Below are positions 8,252 to 16,875 of a stretch of 54,581 bases of DNA, one piece after another. The first letter of the stretch is position 1, and each line of letters opens with the position of its first letter. A program made the position numbers and the translations under genes. The notes under the pieces are model-generated. The model was not told where the DNA came from and ran no database searches. It worked only from the letters and a program-made list of their open reading frames with translations. This stretch comes from Minisyncoccota bacterium (GTDB lineage: Bacteria; Patescibacteriota; Minisyncoccia; Phycocordibacterales; UBA9973), in the NCBI GenBank assembly GCA_043776915.1, contig JAYVQT010000034.1, positions 1 to 54,581 of the forward strand, written 5' to 3'.

Positions 8252-8279
8252 TATATTATATATTATATATTATATATCA
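8252..8279. repeat. Heptanucleotide tandem repeat (tatatta x3 plus tatatca) in a divergent promoter region
   Basis: Read directly from the sequence. It lies between the GAMT-like gene (-) and the membrane-protein gene (+). Confidence 0.8.
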
Positions 8280-8316
8280 TTGACCTCAAAGCTCAAAAGA
8301 CCTATAATATTAACAC

Positions 8317-9126
8317 ATGACAAATACTTACCAGAAGGTTTTAGTGGGCTATTTAGTACTATTGGTTATATATTGGTTAATACTATCTAATAGTCACTCT
8401 ACTGACAGTATTTACAATTTTCTCTATTCATTCCTGTTTAGTTTAATACCACTTCTTGGTGGGTTTATAGGAATGATAAAGTCAAAAATTTGGGGCATGT
8501 TTACAAGCTCTCTTGGTAAGGCAATATTTTTCATTTCACTTGGAATTTTCTTATGGGGAATGGGTAGTATAGTATGGTCATATTACAATTTAATCGTACA
8601 TATTGAGATGCCTTATCCATCCCTTGCTGATCTAGGTTTTGCTCCTAGTATATTTTTCTATGGACTCGGTGCAATGTATTTATCGAAAGCAACCGGAGCG
8701 AAATTTGGCTTAAGAAGTAAATTTGCCAAAACCGGGATAGTTCTTACGCTCATAGCTTTACTTGCTCTATCTTATTATTTTCTAATTGTTGTTGCTCGTG
8801 GTGGAGTACTCATTCCAGAAGGCGAAACCGTGCTCAAAACTATATTAGATATTGCATATCCACTAGGAGATTTTGTTGGCCTATCAATTGCAATAATTGT
8901 ATCTGGTCTGTCATTTAAATATTTAGGAGGAAGATATGTGCCTGATGTAATGATGATATTGCTCGGACTTGCTATTATGTATTTTGCAGACTTTCTATTT
9001 TCTTATAGCACTACAGTTGGAACATTTTATAATGGAGACAAAGGGGATTTATTGTTAACATTCGGATTATTTTCAATAACATATGGAGCTATGGGTTTTT
9101 TCAAACTTAAAACTAGTAATTCATGA
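8317..9126 (+). CDS. Polytopic membrane protein of unknown function (about 7-8 TM)
   Basis: 269 aa, hydrophobic throughout. Its stop overlaps the start of the next ORF (ATGA). A TATAAT box at 8303-8308 lies 8 nt upstream of the ATG. Confidence 0.6.
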   Translation: MTNTYQKVLVGYLVLLVIYWLILSNSHSTDSIYNFLYSFLFSLIPLLGGFIGMIKSKIWGMFTSSLGKAIFFISLGIFLWGMGSIVWSYYNLIVHIEMPYPSLADLGFAPSIFFYGLGAMYLSKATGAKFGLRSKFAKTGIVLTLIALLALSYYFLIVVARGGVLIPEGETVLKTILDIAYPLGDFVGLSIAIIVSGLSFKYLGGRYVPDVMMILLGLAIMYFADFLFSYSTTVGTFYNGDKGDLLLTFGLFSITYGAMGFFKLKTSNS

Positions 9127-9431
9127 TTGCCACATCCATTTTAACCACTATGACAATATTTTCACGAATGTCATCACGAATAATTAAAGAACAAGAATTG
9201 ATCATCGGACCAGTGGCTTGGTCTGAAGCTCTCAAGGTACAAGGTTTGCACGTTGTCGACCAAAAGGCTGGTGAAGTGACAATTGATGGTGATGAGAAAA
9301 ATGTGATAAATAATCTTGTGGCACAGTATGCTCGTCTTTTCGGAAAAGCTTCAAATGAAGTATGTAAAGAAGCTGTTCAGGATTTGATAAAAGAATTACC
9401 AATAGAACAAATACCCGCTAGTCTAATATAA
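9123..9431 (+). CDS. Small soluble protein of unknown function, translationally coupled to the upstream membrane protein
   Basis: 102 aa, 4-nt ATGA overlap with the upstream gene. It is followed 8 nt later by the histidine-kinase core gene. Confidence 0.5.
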   Translation: MIATSILTTMTIFSRMSSRIIKEQELIIGPVAWSEALKVQGLHVVDQKAGEVTIDGDEKNVINNLVAQYARLFGKASNEVCKEAVQDLIKELPIEQIPASLI

Positions 9432-9439
9432 TATATAAT

Positions 9440-10288
9440 ATGTCCGACTTACCAAATAGTGAAGTACCCCAAAATGAATTTAAAGAGATTACAGAAGAGC
9501 TGTATGTAAAGAATTTGGAGTTAGTAAATTTGAATAAAGAAAATGCTCGTTTGAATACTGAGCTAAAAATTGCCAATGAAAAACTTCAAGACTTGGACAA
9601 ATTGAAGACAGAATTTCTTTCACTTGCGTCTCACCAATTACGCTCACCTCTGACTGCTATTAAAGGCTATGCATCTATGGTTATTGAAGGTGATTTTGGT
9701 CAAATATCCAAAGAAGCTCATGATGCTGTCGAACGTATTTTCCAATCGAGTCAGAACTTAGCTAAGATTGTCGAAGACCTACTTAATGTTTCTAAAATTG
9801 AACAAGGCGGCATGAAGTACGAAATGGCACCATTTGATCTGACTATTATTGCACGAGATATGACTAAAGATCTCTCTATTACAGCAGAAAAAAAAGGATT
9901 AAAAATGACATTTGAAACAGATAGCACGAAAGAGTTTATGGTAAACGGCGATAAAGAGAAAATCCGCCAAGTCATTCTCAACTTAATTGATAACTCGATA
10001 AAATATACGAAAGAAGGAGGAGAAATAAAAGTGTCTCTAAAGAAAATAGATTCAAAAGTTATTTTTGCTGTTGCTGATAGTGGTATGGGTATGACACCAG
10101 AAATTAAAGCAACATTATTCCAGAAGTTTGCTCGCGGTGAAGGGGCGCGTATGAATACCGGTGGTTCAGGTCTTGGACTGTATTTGGCTAAAGAAATCGT
10201 CGAAGCACACAAGGGTCACGTCTTTGTAGACTCAGAAGGTATGGGTAAAGGTTCAATATTTTCTATGGAACTTGATCTTATGTCTTAG
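9440..10288 (+). CDS. Histidine kinase core (coiled coil, HisKA and HATPase_c) with no TM or sensor domain
   Basis: H-box SHQLRSPLTAIKGY, N-box NLIDNSIKYT, G1 DSGMGM and G2 GGSGLGL. There is no hydrophobic N-terminus. Confidence 0.9.
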   Translation: MSDLPNSEVPQNEFKEITEELYVKNLELVNLNKENARLNTELKIANEKLQDLDKLKTEFLSLASHQLRSPLTAIKGYASMVIEGDFGQISKEAHDAVERIFQSSQNLAKIVEDLLNVSKIEQGGMKYEMAPFDLTIIARDMTKDLSITAEKKGLKMTFETDSTKEFMVNGDKEKIRQVILNLIDNSIKYTKEGGEIKVSLKKIDSKVIFAVADSGMGMTPEIKATLFQKFARGEGARMNTGGSGLGLYLAKEIVEAHKGHVFVDSEGMGKGSIFSMELDLMS

Positions 10289-11657
10289 ATACTTTACTTC
10301 CGTCATCTGTATCACTTACTTCATAACCTAAGTCTTTAATTTTATCTCGAAGTTTGTCGCTCTTAGCCCAATCTTTATCTGTGCGGGCTTGCTCACGCTC
10401 TCTGACAAGTGTCGTTACTTCTTCAGATATGATTTCTGTTTTTAAATCTGAAAGTCCAAAACCGAACACAGTATCGAAGTCGAGCATAGTTGCTTTCTTG
10501 TCAGTATCAGAAACTTCATTATCGTGTATGAGTTCCCAAAGTAATGCGAGTGCTTTTGGAATATCTAAGTCGTCGTCCATGAATGTTATAAAGCGGTTCT
10601 TGTAACTGTGCTCTACTAAGCCTACATCTTCACCTAAATTTTTAAATGCTTCATATAAACGACCAAGGGCAACTTGGCTTCCCTCTACAGCGTCAAGTGT
10701 AAAGTTCGTCTGTGTACGATAGTGAGCTGTACAGAGCCATAATCGAAAGGCGAGTGGATCTATACCTTTTTCTATTAAGTCTCGAAGTGTGTAGAAATTG
10801 CCAAGTGATTTAGACATTTTTTTCCCGTCTACCATTAGGTGTTCATTATGCATCCAGTATTTTACAAATGGCTTACCTGTTGCACATTCGGACTGGGCTA
10901 TTTCATTCTCATGATGAGGGAATATAAGATCAACTCCGCCAGTGTGGATATCAAAGCTTTCACCAAGTTCGGTCATGCTCATAGCTGAGCATTCTATATG
11001 CCAACCTGGGCGACCTTTGGAAAGCATAGTATCTCTTTCTAATATTTCAGCTGGATTCCAGAATACTTCACCATCGGCTTTGTCCCATGCTTTCCATAAA
11101 GCAAAATCTGTGGCATTCTCTTTTTCGTATTCATCTTTTTTAATTCTTCCCTCGGCATTTTCTTTCAGGTCAGATACAGTAACATGCGAAAGTTTACCGT
11201 ACTCTTTATCTTTGGCAATAGAGAAGTATACTGATCCGTCGTCTGTTGTATACGCAGAACCATTTGTAAGTAGCTTTTCAATAAGTTCAAGCATTTCTTG
11301 TATGTAGTCGGTGGCCTTGGTATAGGTAGTCGGCGCGGTAATATGTAAACTATCTCGATCTTTAAAAAATCCTTCTGTATAAAATTCAGTAAAAGCTCTA
11401 AGCGTCTTACCTTCTTTTTGACTGTCGCGAATTATCTTATCATCCACATCAGTAATGTTCATAACGTGATCGACATCATACTCTCGGTAGGTTAAGTATC
11501 TCTTAAGCATATCAGTAAAAACATAGGCTCGGTAGTTACCAATATGTGGATAGTTATAGACCGTTGGACCACATGTATACAAACCTACGCTTCCTTTATT
11601 ACGAGGCGTAAATTCTTCTTTTGTACGAGAAAGTGAGTTAAAAAGTATTAGAGCCAT
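10278..11657 (-). CDS. cysS: Cysteinyl-tRNA synthetase
   Basis: Class I motifs HIGN (PHIGNYRAY) and KMSKS (KMSKSLGN), plus the CysRS-type HIECSAMS zinc site region. 459 aa. Confidence 0.93.
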   Translation of the reverse strand: MALILFNSLSRTKEEFTPRNKGSVGLYTCGPTVYNYPHIGNYRAYVFTDMLKRYLTYREYDVDHVMNITDVDDKIIRDSQKEGKTLRAFTEFYTEGFFKDRDSLHITAPTTYTKATDYIQEMLELIEKLLTNGSAYTTDDGSVYFSIAKDKEYGKLSHVTVSDLKENAEGRIKKDEYEKENATDFALWKAWDKADGEVFWNPAEILERDTMLSKGRPGWHIECSAMSMTELGESFDIHTGGVDLIFPHHENEIAQSECATGKPFVKYWMHNEHLMVDGKKMSKSLGNFYTLRDLIEKGIDPLAFRLWLCTAHYRTQTNFTLDAVEGSQVALGRLYEAFKNLGEDVGLVEHSYKNRFITFMDDDLDIPKALALLWELIHDNEVSDTDKKATMLDFDTVFGFGLSDLKTEIISEEVTTLVREREQARTDKDWAKSDKLRDKIKDLGYEVSDTDDGSKVSKT

Positions 11658-12559
11658 TTTTTATATTTAAGGTACATAAATGCCAAAATACTGGTGACTA
11701 TCATTGCTCCCAAGACGATATAGAATTCAAGCGGTGTGCGGATAAGGACAAAATCGGTATTCATAACGAAGATACTTGAGATGAGTACAACTGGTGAAGT
11801 AAGGAAAGTGATAACAGTTAGCATCTTTATAGTCTCATTACTTTTACTCGCAAGAAGAGAGTCGTTGGTGTCGCGCAAGTCGTTTAGGATTTCTTTATGA
11901 CTATCGAGGATATCTTGCGTTTTTGTATACTCACTAATGATGCTTGAAAGATAGTATCCAAACTTTTCACCAAAGAATTTCTTTGCCGCCATTTCAAATG
12001 TATCAAGCGCTTCTTTATGGAACCGCAAAGCTTGACGAAAGTCGATGAGCATGCGATTAATGTTTGATATAGTCACCACCATATCCCTTTCTTTACCTTC
12101 AAAGATTTTCCGCTCAGTATCTTGCAAGAGTATGTTCAGCTCATTAAGCTCGTAACGAGAGTGAATATAGAGAGTCTTGATTAAGTGATAGAATAAAAAC
12201 CCCGCATGGTCGACATCAATACGCTTCTCAAGAATAGCATCAACTTCAAATGTCTTCGAGAACTCATGGACTGATTCAATGAACTCGTAGTGAGTCGTAA
12301 TAATAAACTTATTGCCAACGATGAAGTCAATTTCTTGTTCCACGCCTTTGTCGCCGCTATGAGAGATACGTGGGAAATGTAATATTAGATATATAAAGTT
12401 TGGAAAAAGATCAACGCGCGACTGTGGACTGCGATTATGTAATTCTTCGGTTACGAGTATCGGGATCGAGTATTCTTCCATAATGTGAAGTAACTCATTT
12501 TCTGTCGGAGACTCGAGGTCAACCCACACTAACCCTTTATATGTGTATTTTGATATCAT
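11648..12559 (-). CDS. CorA-family divalent cation transporter-like protein (variant motif)
   Basis: 303 aa with a cytoplasmic domain and two C-terminal TM helices. The loop motif reads FVMNTDF where CorA has YGMNF. A TATAAT box at 12567-12572 (-) lies 7 nt upstream of the ATG. Confidence 0.7.
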   Translation of the reverse strand: MISKYTYKGLVWVDLESPTENELLHIMEEYSIPILVTEELHNRSPQSRVDLFPNFIYLILHFPRISHSGDKGVEQEIDFIVGNKFIITTHYEFIESVHEFSKTFEVDAILEKRIDVDHAGFLFYHLIKTLYIHSRYELNELNILLQDTERKIFEGKERDMVVTISNINRMLIDFRQALRFHKEALDTFEMAAKKFFGEKFGYYLSSIISEYTKTQDILDSHKEILNDLRDTNDSLLASKSNETIKMLTVITFLTSPVVLISSIFVMNTDFVLIRTPLEFYIVLGAMIVTSILAFMYLKYKKWL

Positions 12560-12581
12560 ACTTTCTATTATAGCGTTCCGC

Positions 12582-12610
12582 TTGCATTTTTCAAAGGTTT
12601 TGTGTATTAT
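12582..12610 (+). promoter_or_regulatory. Candidate promoter TTGCAT-N17-TATTAT for rplU
   Basis: -35 at 12582-12587 and -10 at 12605-12610. This leaves a leader of about 45 nt before the rplU ATG. Confidence 0.4.
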
Positions 12611-12661
12611 AGGGCCTGTAGAAGTTACTACGGATTAAGATTTTTCTACACTTATATTTAT

Positions 12662-13024
12662 ATGACAACAGCAAAAAAAACAACTAAAAAAGCAGATACA
12701 GAAAATACCGAATTTGCTGTTATTGAAACAGGAGGAAAGCAGTACAAAGTGGCCGTTGGTGACATTCTTAAAGTAGAAAAACTTGACGGTGAATTCGCTC
12801 TAGGTGACAAAATAATCTTTGACAAAGTGCTTCTGGTTGACAATGGTATTGATACGACTATCGGGTCTCCATATATCGTAAGCGCCACTGTTGAGTCACT
12901 TTTCCAGAAAGCAGGCAAAGGTAAAACAGTTAAAGTAATTAAATATAAGCAGAAAAGTCGCTACCTCAAGCGCAATGGCCACCGCCAGCCCTTCATCGAA
13001 GTCAAAATCTCCGCTATCAAATAA
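12662..13024 (+). CDS. rplU: Ribosomal protein L21
   Basis: FAVIETGGKQYKV...KYKQKSRYLKRNGHRQPF is the L21 signature. I chose the internal ATG at 12662 because the 20-aa extension in the track (MYYRACRSYYGLRFF..) is not protein-like. Confidence 0.9.
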   Translation: MTTAKKTTKKADTENTEFAVIETGGKQYKVAVGDILKVEKLDGEFALGDKIIFDKVLLVDNGIDTTIGSPYIVSATVESLFQKAGKGKTVKVIKYKQKSRYLKRNGHRQPFIEVKISAIK

Positions 13025-13026
13025 AA

Positions 13027-13052
13027 TCACCACAACTTAATTAGTGTGGTGA
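13027..13052. terminator. Hairpin between convergent rplU and a hypothetical gene
   Basis: 8-bp stem tcaccaca/tgtggtga with a 10-nt loop. The T-run is weak. Confidence 0.4.
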
Positions 13053-13066
13053 ATTTAGTAACTTTT

Positions 13067-13393
13067 TTAATCTTGAGTTGATTTTAGTGCTGCATCTAGT
13101 TTCTTCGAATAACCAACTCCATTATATAAAGCATGAATCCTTTTTGGATTATTTGCAAGAATAATGAATGTCGCCATACGGCTAAATGCTGATTGCATCA
13201 ACTCATAGATCTGATTGTGAGCGGTTCCAACAGGTAATGTTGAGTCTACTCCTTTTAGTGTATGATAAATGGCTATAATATCCTCCTGGCTTGCACTTTG
13301 AATTTTAGAATTTAATTCATAAAGTTGAAGCATAATACTTTCAGGGGTTGCCTTTTGCAGTTGTTCAACTGCCAGTTGAAAATTTGTTTGCAT
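13067..13393 (-). CDS. Hypothetical protein (108 aa)
   Basis: An ORF with plausible composition. No motif recognised. Confidence 0.4.
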   Translation of the reverse strand: MQTNFQLAVEQLQKATPESIMLQLYELNSKIQSASQEDIIAIYHTLKGVDSTLPVGTAHNQIYELMQSAFSRMATFIILANNPKRIHALYNGVGYSKKLDAALKSTQD

Positions 13394-13443
13394 GATAATT
13401 TACAATTTAGTTGCTTATATAATAGCATTAATTTAATTTAAAG

Positions 13444-14058
13444 TCAAGCTCTGTTACGTAGCGCATTCTTAATAGTCTCACTATCAGAATACTCAAGTTC
13501 AGTACCAGTTGAGAGGCCGCGACCGAGAGAGACGATAATAAATTTATTTTTTGACTGAAGAGGTGAGAGAAGCTCACGTACATACATATCCGTATGCTCT
13601 CCTTGAGGGTTAAGAGAAAGAGCAATAATCACTTCTTTTAAGCCATCATTTTTTGATCGCTCTTCGATGATACTGACTAATTCTTTGGTTCGTACAAAGT
13701 TTGACGTATCTTTGGTGACGATCGGCACCAGTCCGCCAAGAATAAAATACATACCGTCATAATTTTTGCTTTTCTTAATTGTTTCAAAGTCGGCATCTTT
13801 CTCGACGATGAGAAGCGACGCATGATTTGTTTTCGTATTATTACATGTCTCACACAGTGTGGCTTTGCTTCCTTGAAAAAAAAGGAAGCATGACGGACAT
13901 TGGCTGATGGAGTTACGGAGGACTAGAATTTCGTCACCAAGCTCTTTGACGTAGCCTGGATGTTTGTGAAGCAAGAAGTAGACAAAGCGCTTGGCTTGAC
14001 GCTCACCAATGCCGGGAAATTCTTTAAAATGCTGAGCTAATTTTTCTATCGAATTCAT
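13444..14058 (-). CDS. recR: Recombination protein RecR
   Basis: N-terminal HhH (FPGIGERQAKR), a C4 zinc finger (CPSC...CETC), and a Toprim region (LLIVEKDADFETI). 204 aa. Confidence 0.9.
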   Translation of the reverse strand: MNSIEKLAQHFKEFPGIGERQAKRFVYFLLHKHPGYVKELGDEILVLRNSISQCPSCFLFFQGSKATLCETCNNTKTNHASLLIVEKDADFETIKKSKNYDGMYFILGGLVPIVTKDTSNFVRTKELVSIIEERSKNDGLKEVIIALSLNPQGEHTDMYVRELLSPLQSKNKFIIVSLGRGLSTGTELEYSDSETIKNALRNRA

Positions 14059-14061
14059 AGT

Positions 14062-15513
14062 TTAGAATTGATCAACGTTGCCAATTTCTCGAGAGGAAGA
14101 GGCAAAGTCGCTTAAGTTACTTTTTTCAATCGTCATGAATGTTGTTGTCTTCTCGTCGAAGTATAATTCGACTTTACCGACGGGACCATTACGATGCTTC
14201 TCGATAAGTATTTCGGCAATATTCGTACGCTCAGACTCATCTTTACCTTTATCTTCACGGTGAATAAACATGACGACATCGGCATCCTGCTCGATAGATC
14301 CAGAGTCACGAAGGTCAGACAGACGAGGGCGACCACCGCGAGACTCGACCGCACGAGAGAGCTGAGAGAGGGCAATGACTGGCACATCGAATTCTTTGGC
14401 TAAACTTTTAAGGGAACGTGAGATTTCAGTCACTTGATTGACCATACTGTCATAATTTTTCGAAGTCGACATCAGCTGTAAATAGTCAACAATAATAAGC
14501 CCAATGCCATGCTCAGCACGAATACGTCTGCATACCGAGCGCATACGAACAATAGAGTTACCAGCCATATCGTCGACAAAAATTGGCGCTTTCGATAATC
14601 GATCAAGAGAGTCACGGATCTTTGAGAATTCACTTTCTGCCGTTAGATTTCCAGTTCGCAAATTCCACGCATTCACTTTAGATTCAGCAGCGAGCATTCT
14701 GTCGACGAGTTGTTGAGTACTCATTTCTAGAGAGAAGATAACTGTCGGCGTACCGTGCTTAAGCGCGGCTTGGCGCGCGATATCAAGCGCAAGTGTCGTC
14801 TTACCCATAGATGGACGAGCAGCGAGAATAATGAGGTCAGACTTTTGCAGTCCAGATAAGTATTGATCAAGGTCTCGGAAGCCAGTTGGTACGCCACGAA
14901 GCTCACCCTTGCTTTCATGAAGACGCTCTAATCGATCCCAGGCTTCTGGTAAGCTATCTTTCAAAGAGATGAAAGCATGTGCAGCTGAATTCGTATTAAT
15001 GCCCATCATACGCTTCTCGGCTTGGTCAAGAATTTCAAATACATCTTCAACTTCTTCTTTGAATCCAAGCTCCGAGATATCGACTCCGGCTTCAATAATT
15101 TTTCTTAGAATATTTTTCTTTGACACGATATCAGCATAGTGCTTGATATTAGTCGAAGCAGGCACTGCATTGGTAAGTTCGCTTAAGTAGCTACTTCCAC
15201 CGAGCTGTTCAATTAAGCCTTTTTCAGTCAACTTATGAGAGACAGACAGGATGTCAATCGGCTCGCCTTTACTCGCAAGCTCAAGCATAACTTTGTATAT
15301 CTGTGAATGCTTGGCAGCGTAAAAAGATTCAGCCACAATAATATCGTTAATCTCATGAATAGCCTGTGGGCGTAGCATGATCGAGCCAAGCACCGCGCGC
15401 TCAGAGTCAACGCTTTGTGGAGGAATGCGAAGAGTTGTTTTTTGAGTTGATCTATTTTTATTTTCTCCCGTGTCTTTGTAAGGCATAGACCCTATTGTAG
15501 CACAGTCGTACAT
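14062..15513 (-). CDS. dnaB: Replicative DNA helicase DnaB
   Basis: N-terminal DnaB domain (PPQSVDSERAVLGSIM), Walker A ARPSMGKTT, and RecA-like motifs (IIVDYLQLM, ALSQLSR). The start may be the internal Met (MPYKD..). Confidence 0.93.
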   Translation of the reverse strand: MYDCATIGSMPYKDTGENKNRSTQKTTLRIPPQSVDSERAVLGSIMLRPQAIHEINDIIVAESFYAAKHSQIYKVMLELASKGEPIDILSVSHKLTEKGLIEQLGGSSYLSELTNAVPASTNIKHYADIVSKKNILRKIIEAGVDISELGFKEEVEDVFEILDQAEKRMMGINTNSAAHAFISLKDSLPEAWDRLERLHESKGELRGVPTGFRDLDQYLSGLQKSDLIILAARPSMGKTTLALDIARQAALKHGTPTVIFSLEMSTQQLVDRMLAAESKVNAWNLRTGNLTAESEFSKIRDSLDRLSKAPIFVDDMAGNSIVRMRSVCRRIRAEHGIGLIIVDYLQLMSTSKNYDSMVNQVTEISRSLKSLAKEFDVPVIALSQLSRAVESRGGRPRLSDLRDSGSIEQDADVVMFIHREDKGKDESERTNIAEILIEKHRNGPVGKVELYFDEKTTTFMTIEKSNLSDFASSSREIGNVDQF

Positions 15514-15592
15514 TTTAAGAATTTCTATTTTTCTGAAAAATATGTGGGTAAAGTGTGCAAAACTCCTAGTTTTTTGGTAGTATAATAACTAT

Positions 15593-16576
15593 ATGAAGAA
15601 ACGATTACTTTCGGGCATTACTCCTTCTGGTTCAGGAAATCTACATATTGGGAATTACTTCGGCGCTCTTAAGCAATGGGTTGATTTACAAGATACGTAT
15701 GAGAGCTTTATCTTCGTGGCTGATCTTCATGCACTAACAGTCATTCAAGATAAAGAGCAACTCAAGAGCAACATCCTCACTGTCGCTCTTGACTACTTGG
15801 GAGCTGGACTTGATCCAGAGAAAATTACTTTATTTAAGCAGTCAGATATATCTGCGCATCCAGAGCTTGGTTGGATTTTTAATTGTATTACACCAATGGC
15901 GTATCTCGAACGAGCTCATGCATATAAAGATGCTCATATGAAAGCTAAAGAAATTAATGTTGGCCTTTTTGATTATCCACTTTTAATGGCAGCCGATATT
16001 TTGCTTTATGATATCGATGTTGTACCAGTCGGACAAGATCAGAAACAGCATGTCGAGTACGCTCGCGATACAGCGCAGAAATTTAACCATATTTATGGTG
16101 AGACATTTAAACTTCCGGAGCCTATGATTTTAGCTAATGTGTCTGTTGTTCCGGGAACTGATGGACGGAAAATGTCAAAAAGCTACGGCAACACCATTCC
16201 ACTTTTTGGTACTGATGCTGAAATCAAGAAAGCTGTCATGAGTATCGTAACTGATTCGAAAACTCCCGATGAACCGAAAGATCTAGATACCTGTAATATT
16301 TTTGCTCTCCATAAACTTTTCTTAAATACCGATGAATTAGCACACCTCGCAGAGAGATATAAAAAAGGTAGTATGGGTTACAAAGAATCGAAAGATATGC
16401 TCTTTGAGGAAATATTAACACTCGTCACACCGATGCGCGAGCGCCGAGAAATGTATGCCAAAGATTTAGATACTGTTCGTGCGATACTGAAAGATGGTGG
16501 ACAAAAAGCTAAAATACTTGCCGATAAAAAAATGGAATTAGTACGTACTGCTATAGGTGTAACATTATATTCTTAA
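15593..16576 (+). CDS. trpS: Tryptophanyl-tRNA synthetase
   Basis: GITPSGSGNLHIGNYFG (HIGH), KMSKS and the VPVGQDQKQH motif. A TATAAT box at 15581-15586 lies 6 nt upstream of the ATG. Confidence 0.93.
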   Translation: MKKRLLSGITPSGSGNLHIGNYFGALKQWVDLQDTYESFIFVADLHALTVIQDKEQLKSNILTVALDYLGAGLDPEKITLFKQSDISAHPELGWIFNCITPMAYLERAHAYKDAHMKAKEINVGLFDYPLLMAADILLYDIDVVPVGQDQKQHVEYARDTAQKFNHIYGETFKLPEPMILANVSVVPGTDGRKMSKSYGNTIPLFGTDAEIKKAVMSIVTDSKTPDEPKDLDTCNIFALHKLFLNTDELAHLAERYKKGSMGYKESKDMLFEEILTLVTPMRERREMYAKDLDTVRAILKDGGQKAKILADKKMELVRTAIGVTLYS

Positions 16577-16578
16577 TT

Positions 16579-16854
16579 ATGCTCTCAATCTTACGATTCT
16601 TACTCATAGCTATAGCACTCTATCTTATTATTAAAACAGTTAAGATTGTTCGAATTATTCTGACAGTAGTGCTTGGTATTATCTATATTCCTATTAATAA
16701 TTTGAATGTGGCAGTTCAAAAGTGGTATTTCAGTATTAAGCATAAAGATGTAGTCTTGTACTATTTATTTACACCATTTTACTGGATACTTGTGAGTATT
16801 ACATTTATCATTTCCATACCGTATGAGATGGTTATCAGTATGGATATCCACTAA
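16579..16854 (+). CDS. Small membrane protein (91 aa, 3 predicted TM helices)
   Basis: A hydrophobic ORF 2 nt after the trpS stop. No homology recognised. Confidence 0.4.
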   Translation: MLSILRFLLIAIALYLIIKTVKIVRIILTVVLGIIYIPINNLNVAVQKWYFSIKHKDVVLYYLFTPFYWILVSITFIISIPYEMVISMDIH

Positions 16855-16875
16855 TATATAGCTTTTTTACTTTTT

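Noticed and set aside
8229-8316. AT-rich repeats here and in 50040-50085, considered as a possible CRISPR or minisatellite array
   Set aside because: The units are 7 nt and contiguous, with no spacers and no repeat-spacer periodicity of 25-40 nt. No cas genes occur in the window.
10278-10288. Convergent 11-nt overlap of the HK and cysS stop regions, and the 10-nt cysS/corA overlap (11648-11657)
   Set aside because: Short terminal overlaps are common in compact genomes. Nothing indicates a functional antisense interaction beyond the lack of room for terminators.
12602-12661. N-terminal extensions proposed by the ORF track: L21 from 12602, TerS-like from 27933, tkt C-subunit from 40582, pfkB to 43205, L25 from 46532, and the secreted protein from 28434
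   Set aside because: The extensions are non-conserved and overlap upstream genes or the -10 boxes. The internal ATGs give canonical N-termini or signal peptides.
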